Source: Marsupella aquatica
Taxonomy: Eukaryota; Plantae; Marchantiophyta
Length of the DNA: 64,000 nt
Assembly: GCA_973895155.1 (NCBI GenBank)
Contig: OZ316895.1
Location: 4,963,181-5,027,180, forward strand
Direction: 5' to 3'
Of this stretch, positions 38,118 through 49,361 are shown piece after piece. Positions within the stretch are counted from its first letter, which is position 1, and the number at the start of each line of letters is the position of its first letter. A model generated the notes under the pieces. That model was not told where the DNA came from and did not search any database. It worked only from the letters and a program-made list of their open reading frames with translations. The translations under genes and the position numbers were made by a program.

Positions 38118-39060
38118 ATTTGTTGGTTGGATCTTTTTGGTGGGATTAGCACTGGATTGGCTGCTATTCTTCAGGCAGGAATTCCTGTGCGTCGTTATTT
38201 GTATGTGGAGACAGATGAGACAACACGGAGGGTCTCATTACGACATGTGGCTATGTTGGTGGATAGATATCCACAGTTGCTGCCAGTGGATGCTGTTCGT
38301 GGTTATCAGCATGCACTACCTGCTGATATTTCATTGTTGGGGGCGGATCATCTACATCGTGTTGGCCCCATTGATTTGGTGATTGCTGGTTGGCCATGTC
38401 AGGGCCAATCTAGAGCTGGCATTGGGCATGGACTTCATGATCCATGCTCTGCATTGTTTTGGGAGATGTTACGGGTGTTGCGTCACCTCCAGCTACATCA
38501 GACACAGTCTCCAGCATACATTTTGGAGAATGTGCCATTGTTAGGTGATGATCGTAGTCGGATTGTTGCCAGTGTTCACCAGGTGAGGTCTTGGATTGGA
38601 CCTGCTGTGTTATTGGATGCTGCATGTGTGGGTTCTCGTGCACATCGTCCACGCTTGTGGTGGACTAATTTGATCCCATGTGAGGTGCTGAAGCGTGCAT
38701 TTGACAGCATTCCACGCTCACCAACCTTAGTGGTGGATAATATTTTGGATCCAGGGCGTCGTGCACAGGGTGTGACCCAACCTGATAGACCTCCATTGGC
38801 AATGGTCAATGCAGTTGGGTGCCCACGTTGTGCATTACCCACTCTTGTTAGCCACTCTACTTCATATGCATTCAGAGCAGGTGGCCCTGGACTTGTATGG
38901 GACACAGCTCTCCAGCAGTTAGTGGAGCCTACTGCTGATGAGAGAGAGCGTGCTATGGGATTTTTGACTGGCACCACTGCAGTTGCCTCTGTGTCAGAGG
39001 GTTTGCGGCGCCAGGTTCTTGGTCAAGCAATGGATTTGAATTGTTTGACTTGGATTATTA
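38118..39060 (+). other. DNMT3-like C5 cytosine methyltransferase domain of element B (uninterrupted)
   Basis: WLDLFGGISTG (I), YVETD (II), VIAGWPCQG (IV, catalytic PC), YILENVP (VI), AHRPRLWWTN (VIII), ERERAMGF (IX), RRQVLGQAM (X). Confidence 0.92.
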
Positions 39061-42000
39061 GCTTGGGAGTAGCTGAACAGTTGCGGATGCGCTCTGCTGG
39101 AATTACTGATTGTCCCTTGGTGAGCTTGCGGTCCACTGAGACAGTATTCACCACAGCTGGGGGCGAGCAGACAGTCCATGGACCTATGACAGGATTGGCG
39201 GCTGGACAGACTGTTGAGCAGGAAGGGACTACTCAATCTACTACTAAATAGCAATCATCGGCTATCTCTTCTACCCTACAAAGAGATATTAGGGATTTGG
39301 TGGAGAGTTGGGAACCACAGCTTGGCCCTAAGTTAACAGGGGAGGAGAGACGTTGCATGCATCGATTCCTGAAGAGTTATTGGAATTGTTTTGCATTCAG
39401 CATGAAGGATTTGGGGACATTGAAGGGCCCTGGTATTCAGATTGAATTGGCTAGTGATGCGCCAATCTTTCATAGACCATACCGTTATAGTGACATGGAG
39501 AGAGCTCTGATTCAAAGCAGAACTCAAGATTTGTTGGAGGCTGGATTGGTGGAGATTTCATATGGGGAGTATGCATCTGCCACAGTGATGCTAGCCAAGA
39601 AGGATGTGCAAGGCAATTACACAGATAGGCGCATGTGTGGTGATTATAGACCTATTAATCGCCAGACAAAATCTGATCGATATGCCATGCCCACACCTGA
39701 GGAGATCTTTGATGCTGTGGGGCATGCAAAGGTTTTCAGTTCATTGGATCTGAGGGCAGGATACCATCAGCTTCCAATTAGGCATGCTGACAGGTCCAAG
39801 ACAGCATTCTAGGGGATTGATTCTTATGGCAAAGATCGTTTGTATCAATGGTTATTCTTACCATTTGGGTTGAAGAATGCACCAGTTGAGTTCCAGAGAG
39901 TCATGGATCAAATCATTGCAGGTTTGGATTTTGTTAGATGTTATATTGATGATATTTTGGTCTATTCTTCTACTGTGGAAGAACATCAGCAGCACTTGCA
40001 GACTGTGTTGGAGAGATTGAGAGCACATGGGTTGAAGCTCCATCCTAGCAAGTGTAAGTTCTTCCAAGACCAGATTGAGTATTTGGGCCACACCATATAC
40101 CCAGGGGGATTGGGTGTACAGCAGACTAAAGTGGAGGCCATTACACAGATTCCTTGTCCTACTGATGTGAGTAGAGTTCGTGCATTCTTGGGATTGGCGA
40201 GCTACTACAGGAGGTATGTTAAAGGATTTAGCCAGCTTACTAAACCTTTGACCATACTCACTAAGTTGGATCAGGAATGGATTTGGGGTGATGACCAGGA
40301 GCATGCCTTTCAGGAGTTGAAGCAAAGGTTGGCATCATCCCCTATTTTGAGAAGACCCATTTCAGGCAGACCATTTCAGCTACACACTGATTGGAGTGGA
40401 GTAGGACTTGGAGCAGTGCTGACTCAGAAGGATGATGAGGAGAATGAGTTTGTTGTGGCTTATGCCAGTAGATCAAACAATTCAGCAGAGGCTAAGTATA
40501 GCTCTTATGAGGGAGAGTGTTTGGCAGTAGTGTGGGCTGTTGCACACTTTCGTTGCTACTTGTTTGGTAACCCCTTCACCTTGATCACTGATCATCAGCC
40601 TCTTAAGTGGTTAATGGAGTCTGACAAGCTTACAGGGAAGCTTGCACGATGGGCATTGTTGTTACAGGAGTATGATTTCCAGGTGGTGCATAGGCCTGGA
40701 AAAGTGAACTTGGATGCAGATGGATTAAGCCGCAATCCATGTACCAGTCAGCAGGATGAGACTGGAGCCAGATGGCATGATGAGTCAGATAAGGAGATGG
40801 TGCCAGGATGGCATGCATCTGCCTTTCTTTGTTGGGTGCCAGCATACAGTGGATCTATGGACTCTACTTCATTGGATGGAGTGGGTGATGAGTCTTCAGA
40901 TGTGGATGTTGGTGAGGTAACTTCTGGACAACAAGATATTCACAATGATGTGAGAGTGTTGGAATATCTGCGCAATAGTTCTATTGTTGGCAGTGTTGAT
41001 GCCAAGGAACGTGACAGGGTTCTACAGAGAGCCAAGAGGTTTCGATGGGAGGGAAACCATCTTTTGAGAGTACTGCATGATGGTAGGATGTTGGTGGTAC
41101 CAAAACCATCACAACGAGTACATTTGGTGCGACATGCGCACGAGGAGTTGGGTCACTTTGGTGTGAAGCGCACTTACAGCTTGCTGCAGACGCAGTATTG
41201 GTGGCGTGGTATGCACACTCATGTCCAACAGTTGATAGCTAAGTGTGTGGTATGTGACAGAGTGAGAGCATCATTTAATGCTCCCACTCCCCAGTTGCAC
41301 CCGTTATCGATCATGGGTTTGGGATATCGTTGGAGTTTGGATTTTGCTGGTCCATTACCTCTTACCCAACGTCATAATCGGTATGTTTTGGTCATGGTGG
41401 AGCACTTCTCCAAGTGGATTGAGCTAGTGGCGTTGCCAGATAAAGCCAGTGGAGGAGTTGCTGCTACATTTTTGGATCGTGTACTCAGTCATTTTGGAGC
41501 ACCAGCTGAGGTGTTGACTGATCAGGGAACTGAGTTCCGTGGAGAGTTTGAGAGTTTGTGTGAACAAGCTCTGATTGATCATCGCACTACCTCTTGTGAT
41601 CATCCTGAGGCAGATGGATTAGCTGAGAGAGTTGTGCAAACTGTGAAGAGAGGATTGCGTAAGTATGGCTTGCAGGTTGGTCATCTGGGAGATTGGGATC
41701 TCCAACTACCTTGGTTAGCTATGGGCTACCGTTTCAGTCGGCAAGCATCACTTGCATCCTTCTCACCCTACTTTTTGCTCTATGGTAGAGAGCCAGATTT
41801 GCCAGCAGCTATTCGTCGTCATGCTGCACTAGTTGTGAACTTGGATGATCCTGATGTTTGGGTCAAGGTGTGTTCAGAGAGAGCACGGGTATTTCAGAGA
41901 GTGATGCCCATGGCTTTTGACAACCTTGCCATTGCCCAACATCGTGATACTTTGAGGTATGCCACTATTCGTGGAGGAGGTTACCGTGCAAGCATTCGAC

Positions 42001-42236
42001 GATTTCATCCTGGTGATTATGTTTATTTGCAGCAGACAGCACCCACGACACTTGATGTGACCGCAGGCCGGATAATCTTACGTGTGCGTGAAGTGTTGCC
42101 TTCTGGTGTCCTGATGTTGGAGGGACGCGATGGTATGGTTTGGAAGGATCATGTGCGCAACTGTGCACCATGTCACCTTCCCAACATTGATGGTACAGTA
42201 GATCCAAGCTTGGCACATGTTCGTGCTGGCTTGAAA

Positions 42237-42377
42237 TGTATGTTGTGTGGATCTGCTCAGGGAGCAGCTACTATGTTGATTTGTGATAAGTGTTCTAGAG
42301 GATGGCACATGTCATGTTTGACACCACCATTGCAGGTGATTCCTAGTGGATCATGGTTGTGTCCTCAGTGTCGGTGA
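42237..42377 (+). other. PHD finger at the integrase C-terminus of element B
   Basis: CMLC...MLICDKCSRGWHMSCLTPPL..IPSGSWLCPQC, a C4HC3 pattern. Confidence 0.92.
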
Positions 42378-42550
42378 AGCCGACTAGTTATCATTTGTGT
42401 TCTCTTGGCAGATATGGATTGCAGGTAGGTGATCGATGGGGCTCACTTGCACCCGGCCTCCTGATCTTCACACCTAAAAAGGTGTATATCAACCTTGTAG
42501 AACTCATGGCTAGCTAGAGTTAGAGGACCTTACTCCCAGCTAGGGGGGCG

Positions 42551-43157
42551 ATTGTGGGTTTTGGACATGTGTGGACATGAGTTCCACTTGTATTCCATTC
42601 TCTTGTATTTGTGATGTGGCAGTGTGACTATGTCTGGATGTATGTGACAAGCGATGTATGTTGTGTAGCGATATGTATGCGCACGACAGCTGTCACACCA
42701 TTCTGAGTAGTGTAGTAGTATATCGTGCTATTAGAGTATGTACGTTTGGTATGAGTGCTATTGGAGCCGATAAGATTCTGTCAGGTTTGTGTGAGAGGGT
42801 ACTTCTCACTTGTGAGGCATTGAAAGGTCATCTTTCAATGTTGAGCCTTGGAGAGAGAGGAGCTTGAGTGTGGCTATGGTGGCTGTGAGCTCCGCTTGTG
42901 TAACGTGGATTCCTTGAGTAGTGCAAGGTGCGTTGGCTTGACATACGTGTGTGATCGGATCGGTGCGGGATCGATGGGGTATTGTTGACCGAGATCGTTG
43001 TGCCGATTGTATGGAGATTATTGTGGGTTTTGGACATGTGTGGACATGAGTTCCACTTGTATTCCATTCTCTTGTATTTGTGATGTGGCAGTGTGACTAT
43101 GTCTGGATGTATGTGACAAGCGATGTATGTTGTGTAGCGATATGTATGCGCACGACA
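42551..43157 (+). repeat. 3' split-repeat block B1-GC-A2-B2 of element B
   Basis: The 138-bp B1 (42551-42688) equals B2 (43020-43157). The 329-bp A2 (42691-43019) equals A1 (33595-33923), with about two substitutions seen by eye. Confidence 0.95.
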
Positions 43158-45189
43158 GAGTAACTGGCGCAGTGGTAGGAACTGGAGTAGGAGGGGAAGT
43201 AGTAGGAGCAGCAGCATGGGCTGCAATGGCATTCTGTAATGCCAGTTGTGAGGCAGCTGCAATTGCACTAGCATAGGGAGGATTAGGCAATTGTGTGACA
43301 GCAAGCAACCGTTGAGAGTGCTGCTCATACACATCGAAAGCCTCATGGTGCACATACCTGGCTAGCTGCTTAAATGCAAAAGCATTTGTGAAATTGCTGC
43401 CGTACTTCAACTCCAATTTGTAAATGATAGTGTAGAAAGTGGATTTGAACTCACGCAAAGAAACAGTGCCTGGCCGCCCACTGAAGCGCTCAATGCGGCT
43501 AGATGAGTGACTGGCATCCATGCTGTATGTCGGTGAAGCTAGAACAATCACTGATGCAAAATTGCCGAGACTCCAATGAAATGGGCACCAACGGTCGTGG
43601 ATCACTCCGTAAGTGGTACCTGGGCGTTGGTGGCGATGAGCTGCTACCTCCCGGCTCGTTTGCTGACATGCTATGTGACAGTACCCAAATTGTGCAAAAT
43701 GTGTAAAGACTAAGAAAACCCGTCACTGTCAAAAAACCGTCAGGGAAAACGGACCCTTAAAACCTCAAATGTACCCGTGTTGTGCTTGCCGGAAAGACCA
43801 TTTGATGTGTATGCCGGGCCCTCACCGTGATGCAGATAAAATGTGGTGGCATCAAAGAAATCCGGGAAGAATAGGCCCTTAAACGTGAATAGGCCCCCCC
43901 CACCTTAAGTGTATACACATCCGGGCCCCATTGTGGACCCGGAAACTGCAGCCGGACCGGCCGAGTGTGTATACACGCTCGTGGCACGCTCCCTATGCAG
44001 CGGTAGTCGGAAGGCGTCGAAAAGAGGCGAGGAGGTACTATGACCGGCGAGGGAAAGAAATGGGAGGCAACTCGTGAAGGCAGCGGCCGAGGCGAGGCAA
44101 GGCGAAAAGGAGAGAAGTCGGCAGAAAAGAAACAGGCCCCTCTTAAGTCGAGGGGGAAGGAAGGAAAACGGTCAAAAAAGGGAAAACCGGGCACGATGCC
44201 CTGTGCATTGACAGTCGATGGTGAAGGGCGAGGCAAAAGAAAACCGGACCCTAATTAATTCGGGCCAGCACTTGAGGCGAGGCAGGGCGTTCAGAAAGAA
44301 AGGAGCCCCTGACGTGAGCCCTCCATAGGGCTTCGTGCCCCCCCAATATGAGCTCCCGAATAGACGGGGCTACGAGCTCCCCTCCCCTCCTGAAAGGTTC
44401 TGTGGGCCTCGTGCCCTGGTGAAAGTGTGACTCCCGAGAGAGGGAGTCAAATGTACTCCCCTCCTCCCTTAAATGCTTCATAGGGCCGTGTGCCCTCTCC
44501 TTGCGCTCCCCCCTCCCCTCTTTTAATGCTGTATTGGGCTTCGTGCCCTCTCCTGGCAGTCGCTCCCCCTCCTCCCTGCTTTCGCTTGTACTTGGCTCCC
44601 CCCTGCCCCTGCATTAATGCATAATAGGGCCTCGTGCCCTCTCCATGCTTGTGCCTCAACTTAATCCCCCTTCCCTACTGTGTAATTGTTGGCAACAGGC
44701 GAGGGAGGAAGAAAAATGCCGAAGGGAGGGCGCACGGCCCTATGCGCGACCCAGGGCAATGATGAGCCCCGCATGTGTATACATAGGGGAGGCAGCTCAC
44801 GACGGTAGCTGCGAGGGGAGGCAAAATGAAACGACGGCCGATGACAGAAAAGAAAGAACGGGACCCCAAAGGGTCGTCAAAACGTAAGGGGAAGGGAAGG
44901 TGGTCGCGCTGCGACCGGAAAACACCGAATATGGCCCGAAAAAGGTCGTGGCAGTCAGCAGTCGGCAGCCATAGTCGAAAGCAATTATGGAAGCAGATCG
45001 AGTTGCGGCTGGCAAGAAAAATCCGGGCCCCTTGTTATGTGTATACACTTAAGTATACACATAACACCACCATAAACCCATAACTTTTAACTCAACACTC
45101 CGATGTCCGTCGAAGAAATTGCAATGGCTTCACCAGAAATTGTCGAGATCATCACAAGCAATCTTCTTCCCCTCACCACTATCTCGACG

Positions 45190-45201
45190 AGTTCTTCTTG
45201 A
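45190..45201 (-). promoter_or_regulatory. Putative self-priming PBS of family A
   Basis: Plus-strand AGTTCTTCTTGA abuts repeat A and is inverted-complementary to TCAAGAAGAACT at 45347-45358. The same pairing occurs at 62751-62762/62908-62919 and, with 1 mismatch, in A1. Confidence 0.7.
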
Positions 45202-45558
45202 ATAAAAGGCGTAAGAGAAACAATTGTACTGAAATCGAATCGCAAACCGGCAGGATGCCAAGATCGGCTGGGAGCATCTAACGAATCACTGTGTGAATCC
45301 CGTGTACGGAACCGACGAGCATTGTTTGAGCTCTGTCAACAGCGATTCAAGAAGAACTGAAAACCAACAAAGAAAGACATGCCCTAAGCAAGCAAGTCCT
45401 GACGTCACACTAACAAGCACATTTGCTTCAAGAACGGCCCATACTTGCTACAAGAACATGTCGCTAACTCAGGTAGTACACTAGCCCTAACTACATACCT
45501 AGCGGGCAGGCGAGGGACATGCCAATGTGCATAAGAGGCACTGTCCCTCGGCATGACA
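45202..45558 (-). repeat. 5' repeat segment A1 of copy A2
   Basis: Matches 25612-26611, 7385-7742 and 62763-63121. Confidence 0.92.
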
Positions 45559-47297
45559 GACTTTTGCAACCTCATGCATGGACTACTTTAATATATCACT
45601 TTTTAATCAAATAGCACATCTACTTCGTATGATTTCATCGTTTTGGGGATTGAAAAGTGCTTGGTTCATCAGATTCCTGTCGTTAAATGTCCTAGTTCAT
45701 CCAACTATCAACTTCCATAAGTTGGGTCATTTGAGTGAACCCAGAAAAATCTAATCTATCTAATACCACTATAATCAACAATGACCTCCACATTTGGCTA
45801 TTCCTGTAATTGATATGTAGGAAAACTTGGGGGAGGAAGTAGGTAGCCATCTGACACGTAGGAGAAGGGAGGAAGGAAGTCACAGGTAGGGTTTCTAGCA
45901 GATGATGTTGAAGGGAGAAGATTAGTTTGCTACTAAGCTATGGTGGTGTTCTGGTGGTGTGGTCAAAGAAGCTATGCTGGTCTGAGAGCCTTCTTATCTC
46001 TCCCTTAGCTAGTTGCAGGTTGGAGGGCTTGGGGCAACTGGGACAACTTCAGGTCAATGGCAGAAAGTAGGGAAAGGGGAACAAGGGCTCCATGTGTCCG
46101 TGACAGCCCCTTGCCACCTTCCCCATGGTTGCTGTATGTGGTGGCCCTGGGAGTGGATGCACTCATAGTCCTTACACATTCCACACTGCATGAACCTAAC
46201 CCTTATTTTCATTTGTCCACTACTATTTGTGCAATTACTTCTCGCCATTAGTCCAAGCAAGACCAAACTCAATTAGACACTCATTTGTTAGTCATGATGC
46301 TGAATGTATGTCCTGTTCAGTTGGACGTTTTGCTTTGCCTGGCTGCTTTGTATCACCTGGCCCTTTCCCATATCCTCCTAGGTATTTGCAGTGAACACTT
46401 CACTTCACTGGGCCATTTCTCATGTCACCCTTTGTTTCTCCCTGCCCCAGGACTGACATTCCACCTCACCAGGCCTTTTCTCCTGTGACCCTTTGTTTCT
46501 CTCCACGCAAGGACGGACAGACAAAACTGTTTGGTCGAGAGCCCTCACTTTGGTTGGGAATTTTGTGTGAGGTTGTGAACCAGCGTATCAAATAGCTATG
46601 TAATGTGGACACTCCATCAGACTTTCCCTTGTGGCCCTGGCAACGTCCCCATCAACCTTTGTTTCCCCCTGCACACTCCTTTGTGGCCCTGGGAAAGTCC
46701 CAATCACCCTTTGTTTCTCCCTGCAAAGGGCCAAGACACATAACTATTGTATGTCGAAGTGCTGTCTTGCATGTGAAAGTCTCCGAGGTTTGGGCCCTTA
46801 ACATTCCCAAATATGCAATTCCCAAATATGCAACCTAAAAGCACATTTTGCTGTGCATAAGATCTCTGTCATTTTTGGTCTCCTTGTCAAATCAAAGGTG
46901 GGGACCTCAAGGGCCATAAAGTGTCAGCCCTTGCCCTTGGAAACCCTAAATTCATGCCACAAGTCTCGCTCATTCATATTCCCATCGGTTCACTTCAAGG
47001 CCGATCTGTTGAGGACCTTCTACATGCAAGAAAACCCTAAGCTTTCCCTTTGGTTGGGAATTTTGTGCTAGTTTGGGAACCAGCATATCAAAGAGGTATG
47101 GACGCAGAATCCAAACAATGAGATTGAGCATGAATTTTAAGCTCACGTAGTCCAACAACTCTTTACTGCAATATGAATTCACTACGAGTAATTGGAGTCT
47201 GTCGAACTACAATTCAAAATAATTCAAATTAATGGTTCCTTTTTTATTTGCCTCCGCATTCCGGCCTGAATGATTGTGTCACCAAATTTATGACCGC

Positions 47298-49361
47298 CTA
47301 TCTTTCTAACAGTCCCTTCACATACACCATGCCCTTTTCCATAAGACCCAATTCTCGTCGAAGACGGTCGATTTGTTCGTCATCCCCTTGGATTATAACA
47401 TCAGTCGATGATTCATCATCAGCTACCACCATCTTTACTTTTATCTGCTCCTTGCGTGATGCCCTTGTCCAGTAATAGAATCCTCTGAGGATATAAAAGG
47501 AGGAAGTTGTCAGAAAGGAGTGCTAAAGAAAATACTTTCCTTGAGAGTACAATTCAGGGCAATTGAAGCTGACAACGTGGGATGAGGTGCAGTTCCCACA
47601 TCCACAATTTACAGGCTCTTTCTCTTCCAGCAAGACTCGGCTATAAAATGCCAAATCGCTCTTATTGATGGATACTGTTGGAACTCTCGTTGCAATATGA
47701 AGCCCCAATTCGAACAAGAAGCCAATGCAGATTTTGAAGAGTGAATTCGTTTGCATAATTTGTACAACTACTACTAAAACGGGGCCAGCAATGGTTTCAG
47801 AAGACTTTTAAACGGCCAGACGCCAGAGTGAAGATAGTATCACGTCTAACCCCGTGAACTTGTTTGTTTTTACGGCACGAAAGGAACATAACCCCGTGAA
47901 CAAAACATCTCGTGTAGAGAAGATGAAGTGTAGGTGTACAATGCAAGGACAAGCTCCAGGCCCTCCAATGGCTCCTACTGTTCTTCTGCGTACCAAAATG
48001 AAAACAAGAGGGTAATCCTGGGAATAGTGACTTACGCAAGAGGGCTGAGAACGGTCAGATAGTACCAGTTCTCTCCGATAGCAGGCGCAGTGATGGACAA
48101 CACCAATGCCACACAACCCAGGCTGACAGCAGTGCAGAAACTCAAAAATGCTGCTTGTCCTCTGCTTGGAACCATCCTCCCCTCGAACCTTCATAAACGG
48201 AGCATAAAAAATGACAGGCTGTTATACAAGTTAGGTACATGCCTCGCTAATTCAACCCACAATAAACTTACTGTAAATACGGGTGCTTTCTGCCAAGAAA
48301 ACTACGAAAATGCATTCTTTCACGGAGTTCTACCGTCTTGGAGACTGTATATACCAGGATACCAAACTTTACAGAGATGCAATTCATTACTGGATGCTCA
48401 CAAAATCTACTGACTGGATTCCTAGAAATGCCCTTACTCACAAGATACCTGCCTTGTCCGCTTCACAGCGATAGAATTGCTAGAAGTATTTGAAGGAACA
48501 GAAAACTGATGAGATCATGGAATTCGATGCACATACGTGACAGTGTCTCCTCTGTCTGCAACTGCGAAGTTATTTCGGGTGAGAGAGGATGTGATTTCGC
48601 CTGCAATTTGGCTGGGAGCCTTTCCTTCGGGTACGGTTGGACCCGGTAATTCAAACGTTTTCTTCACTATCTGCATAGAAGATTGAAAGGGATCAACACG
48701 CTCCGCTGAAACCAAAGAAAAACAGAAAACAATGGACGGCGTTTACACGAAAGTCATTTAGTTCTTCTCCCAGAATTCAAGTCACTACAGAGAGAAAAAT
48801 ACCGAGAGAGTCGGAGAATCTCTCTACCTTAGATTTGGTAGAGCGCTTAACCAGAGACCAAATGCCAGGAACAGATATCACAAACAGACCAAGAGATGTG
48901 TAATAGCTCGCTTGGGAATAACCAGGACCTTCAGCAATCAAGGGGTAAACGATCATGGGGGCAATGCTAAACAGAGTAAATGGCGATTCTGAGCTGCTGG
49001 GAGCATTGTCACTGTCTCGTCGAGCTCCCTCCCCTGCGAAGCTATCCTCCAAATTCAGAGGATCAAAGTCTGCTTCTTCTAATTGTCCTCCGCTCCCGCT
49101 GCCGTTCTGCAGGCTTCCTAGCGCTGTCTCGACCCTTTTCTGTCGAGACGAAATCAGCCCAGCGCAAATCCGACCCACCCTTGGCCCTGGCCATGTTTGC
49201 CTCCCGGCAGACCTTGCACAAGATAATCTCAAAATCGATACCGATGACATGATACCATATTGCCGCTGGGCACGAGAGGGACCGAGCGAATTCCACAGAC
49301 CCTGTCCCTTGACAATGTACAGTTGTGGCACCACCGAGTTGCCCGCCATCGCCATAACCAT
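47298..49361 (-). CDS. CCB1: Cofactor assembly of complex C subunit B CCB1 (chloroplast cytochrome b6f heme ci assembly); exons ~49361-48828, 48670-48537, 48189-48036, ~47484-47298
   Basis: GYSQASYYTSLGLFVISVPGIWSLVKRSTKSK / IVKKTF...RNNFAVADRGDTVT / FEGRMVPSRGQAAFL...WYYLTVLSPLA / GFYYWTRASRKEQIKVKM...EKGMVYVKGLLER*. The N-terminus resembles a transit peptide. GT-AG introns. Confidence 0.92.

Larger units (their letters stand above)
35291..42377 (+). pseudogene. Gag-PR-DNMT-RT-RH-IN-PHD polyprotein of element B (one frameshift near 36290 and a few TAG stops)
   Basis: Zinc knuckles CWTCGGDHAQRYC and CDHCGAPGHTKDRC (~36357-36485), VLLDTGAQP, GWPCQG, CYIDDILV, LHTDWS, HEELGH...CVVC, SLDFAG/TDQG/DGLAER, terminal PHD. 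In-frame TAGs at 39249 and 39810. Confidence 0.92.
33595..43157 (+). mobile_element. Ty3/Gypsy-like DNMT-PHD retrotransposon, family B, nested antisense in A2 gag
   Basis: Ends TGTCAC...CACGACA with a 4-bp TSD GAGT (33591-33594, 43158-43161); removing it restores the A gag sequence. Order: A1 33595-33923, internal region, G6 PPT 42543-42548, B1 42551-42688, GC, A2 42691-43019, B2 43020-43157. Confidence 0.96.
26828..43669 (-). pseudogene. Disrupted gag-pol of copy A2 (gag split by element B at 33595-43157)
   Basis: Gag 43669-43162 plus 33594-32806; PR VMLDIGA; DNMT; RT/RH/IN ORF 27605-29542 (YIDD, LHTDWS, HYELGH...CEQC, CDLAG, TDQG); IN C-terminus and PHD 26828-27595. Confidence 0.9.
25438..45558 (-). 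mobile_element. Ty3/Gypsy-like DNMT-PHD retrotransposon, family A copy A2 (complete; carries nested element B and a MITE)
   Basis: Ends TGTCGTG...CATGACA with a 4-bp TSD GACT (25434-25437, 45559-45562). Sense-strand order: A1 (45558-45202), internal region, G6 PPT (26795-26790), B1 (26789-26614), GC, A2 (26611-25612), B2 (25611-25438). Confidence 0.95.

Noticed and set aside
36280-39812. Programmed frameshift or stop read-through in element B
   Set aside because: The breaks look like single-base lesions (e.g. the TAG at 39810 falls in the middle of RT, after KTAF), and family A copies break at different places.
35291-42377. DIRS/Ngaro/PAT tyrosine-recombinase element, suggested by the split repeats plus a methyltransferase
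   Set aside because: No tyrosine-recombinase ORF is recognisable. HHCC-DDE integrase, aspartic protease, TG...CA ends and 4-bp TSDs are present, and the MTase is C5 type.
42691-43157. Reading A2+B2 as an ordinary 3' LTR, or as a solo LTR inserted next to a truncated element
   Set aside because: The PPT precedes B1, not A2. The 5' end lacks B in all four copies. One TSD encloses the whole structure, and the same GC-spaced layout recurs in two families.
45560-47200. Short recurring motifs (CCCTTTGTTTCTCC, TTTGGTTGGGAATTTTGTG)
   Set aside because: Probably old repeat debris. No boundaries or coding signal can be supported.
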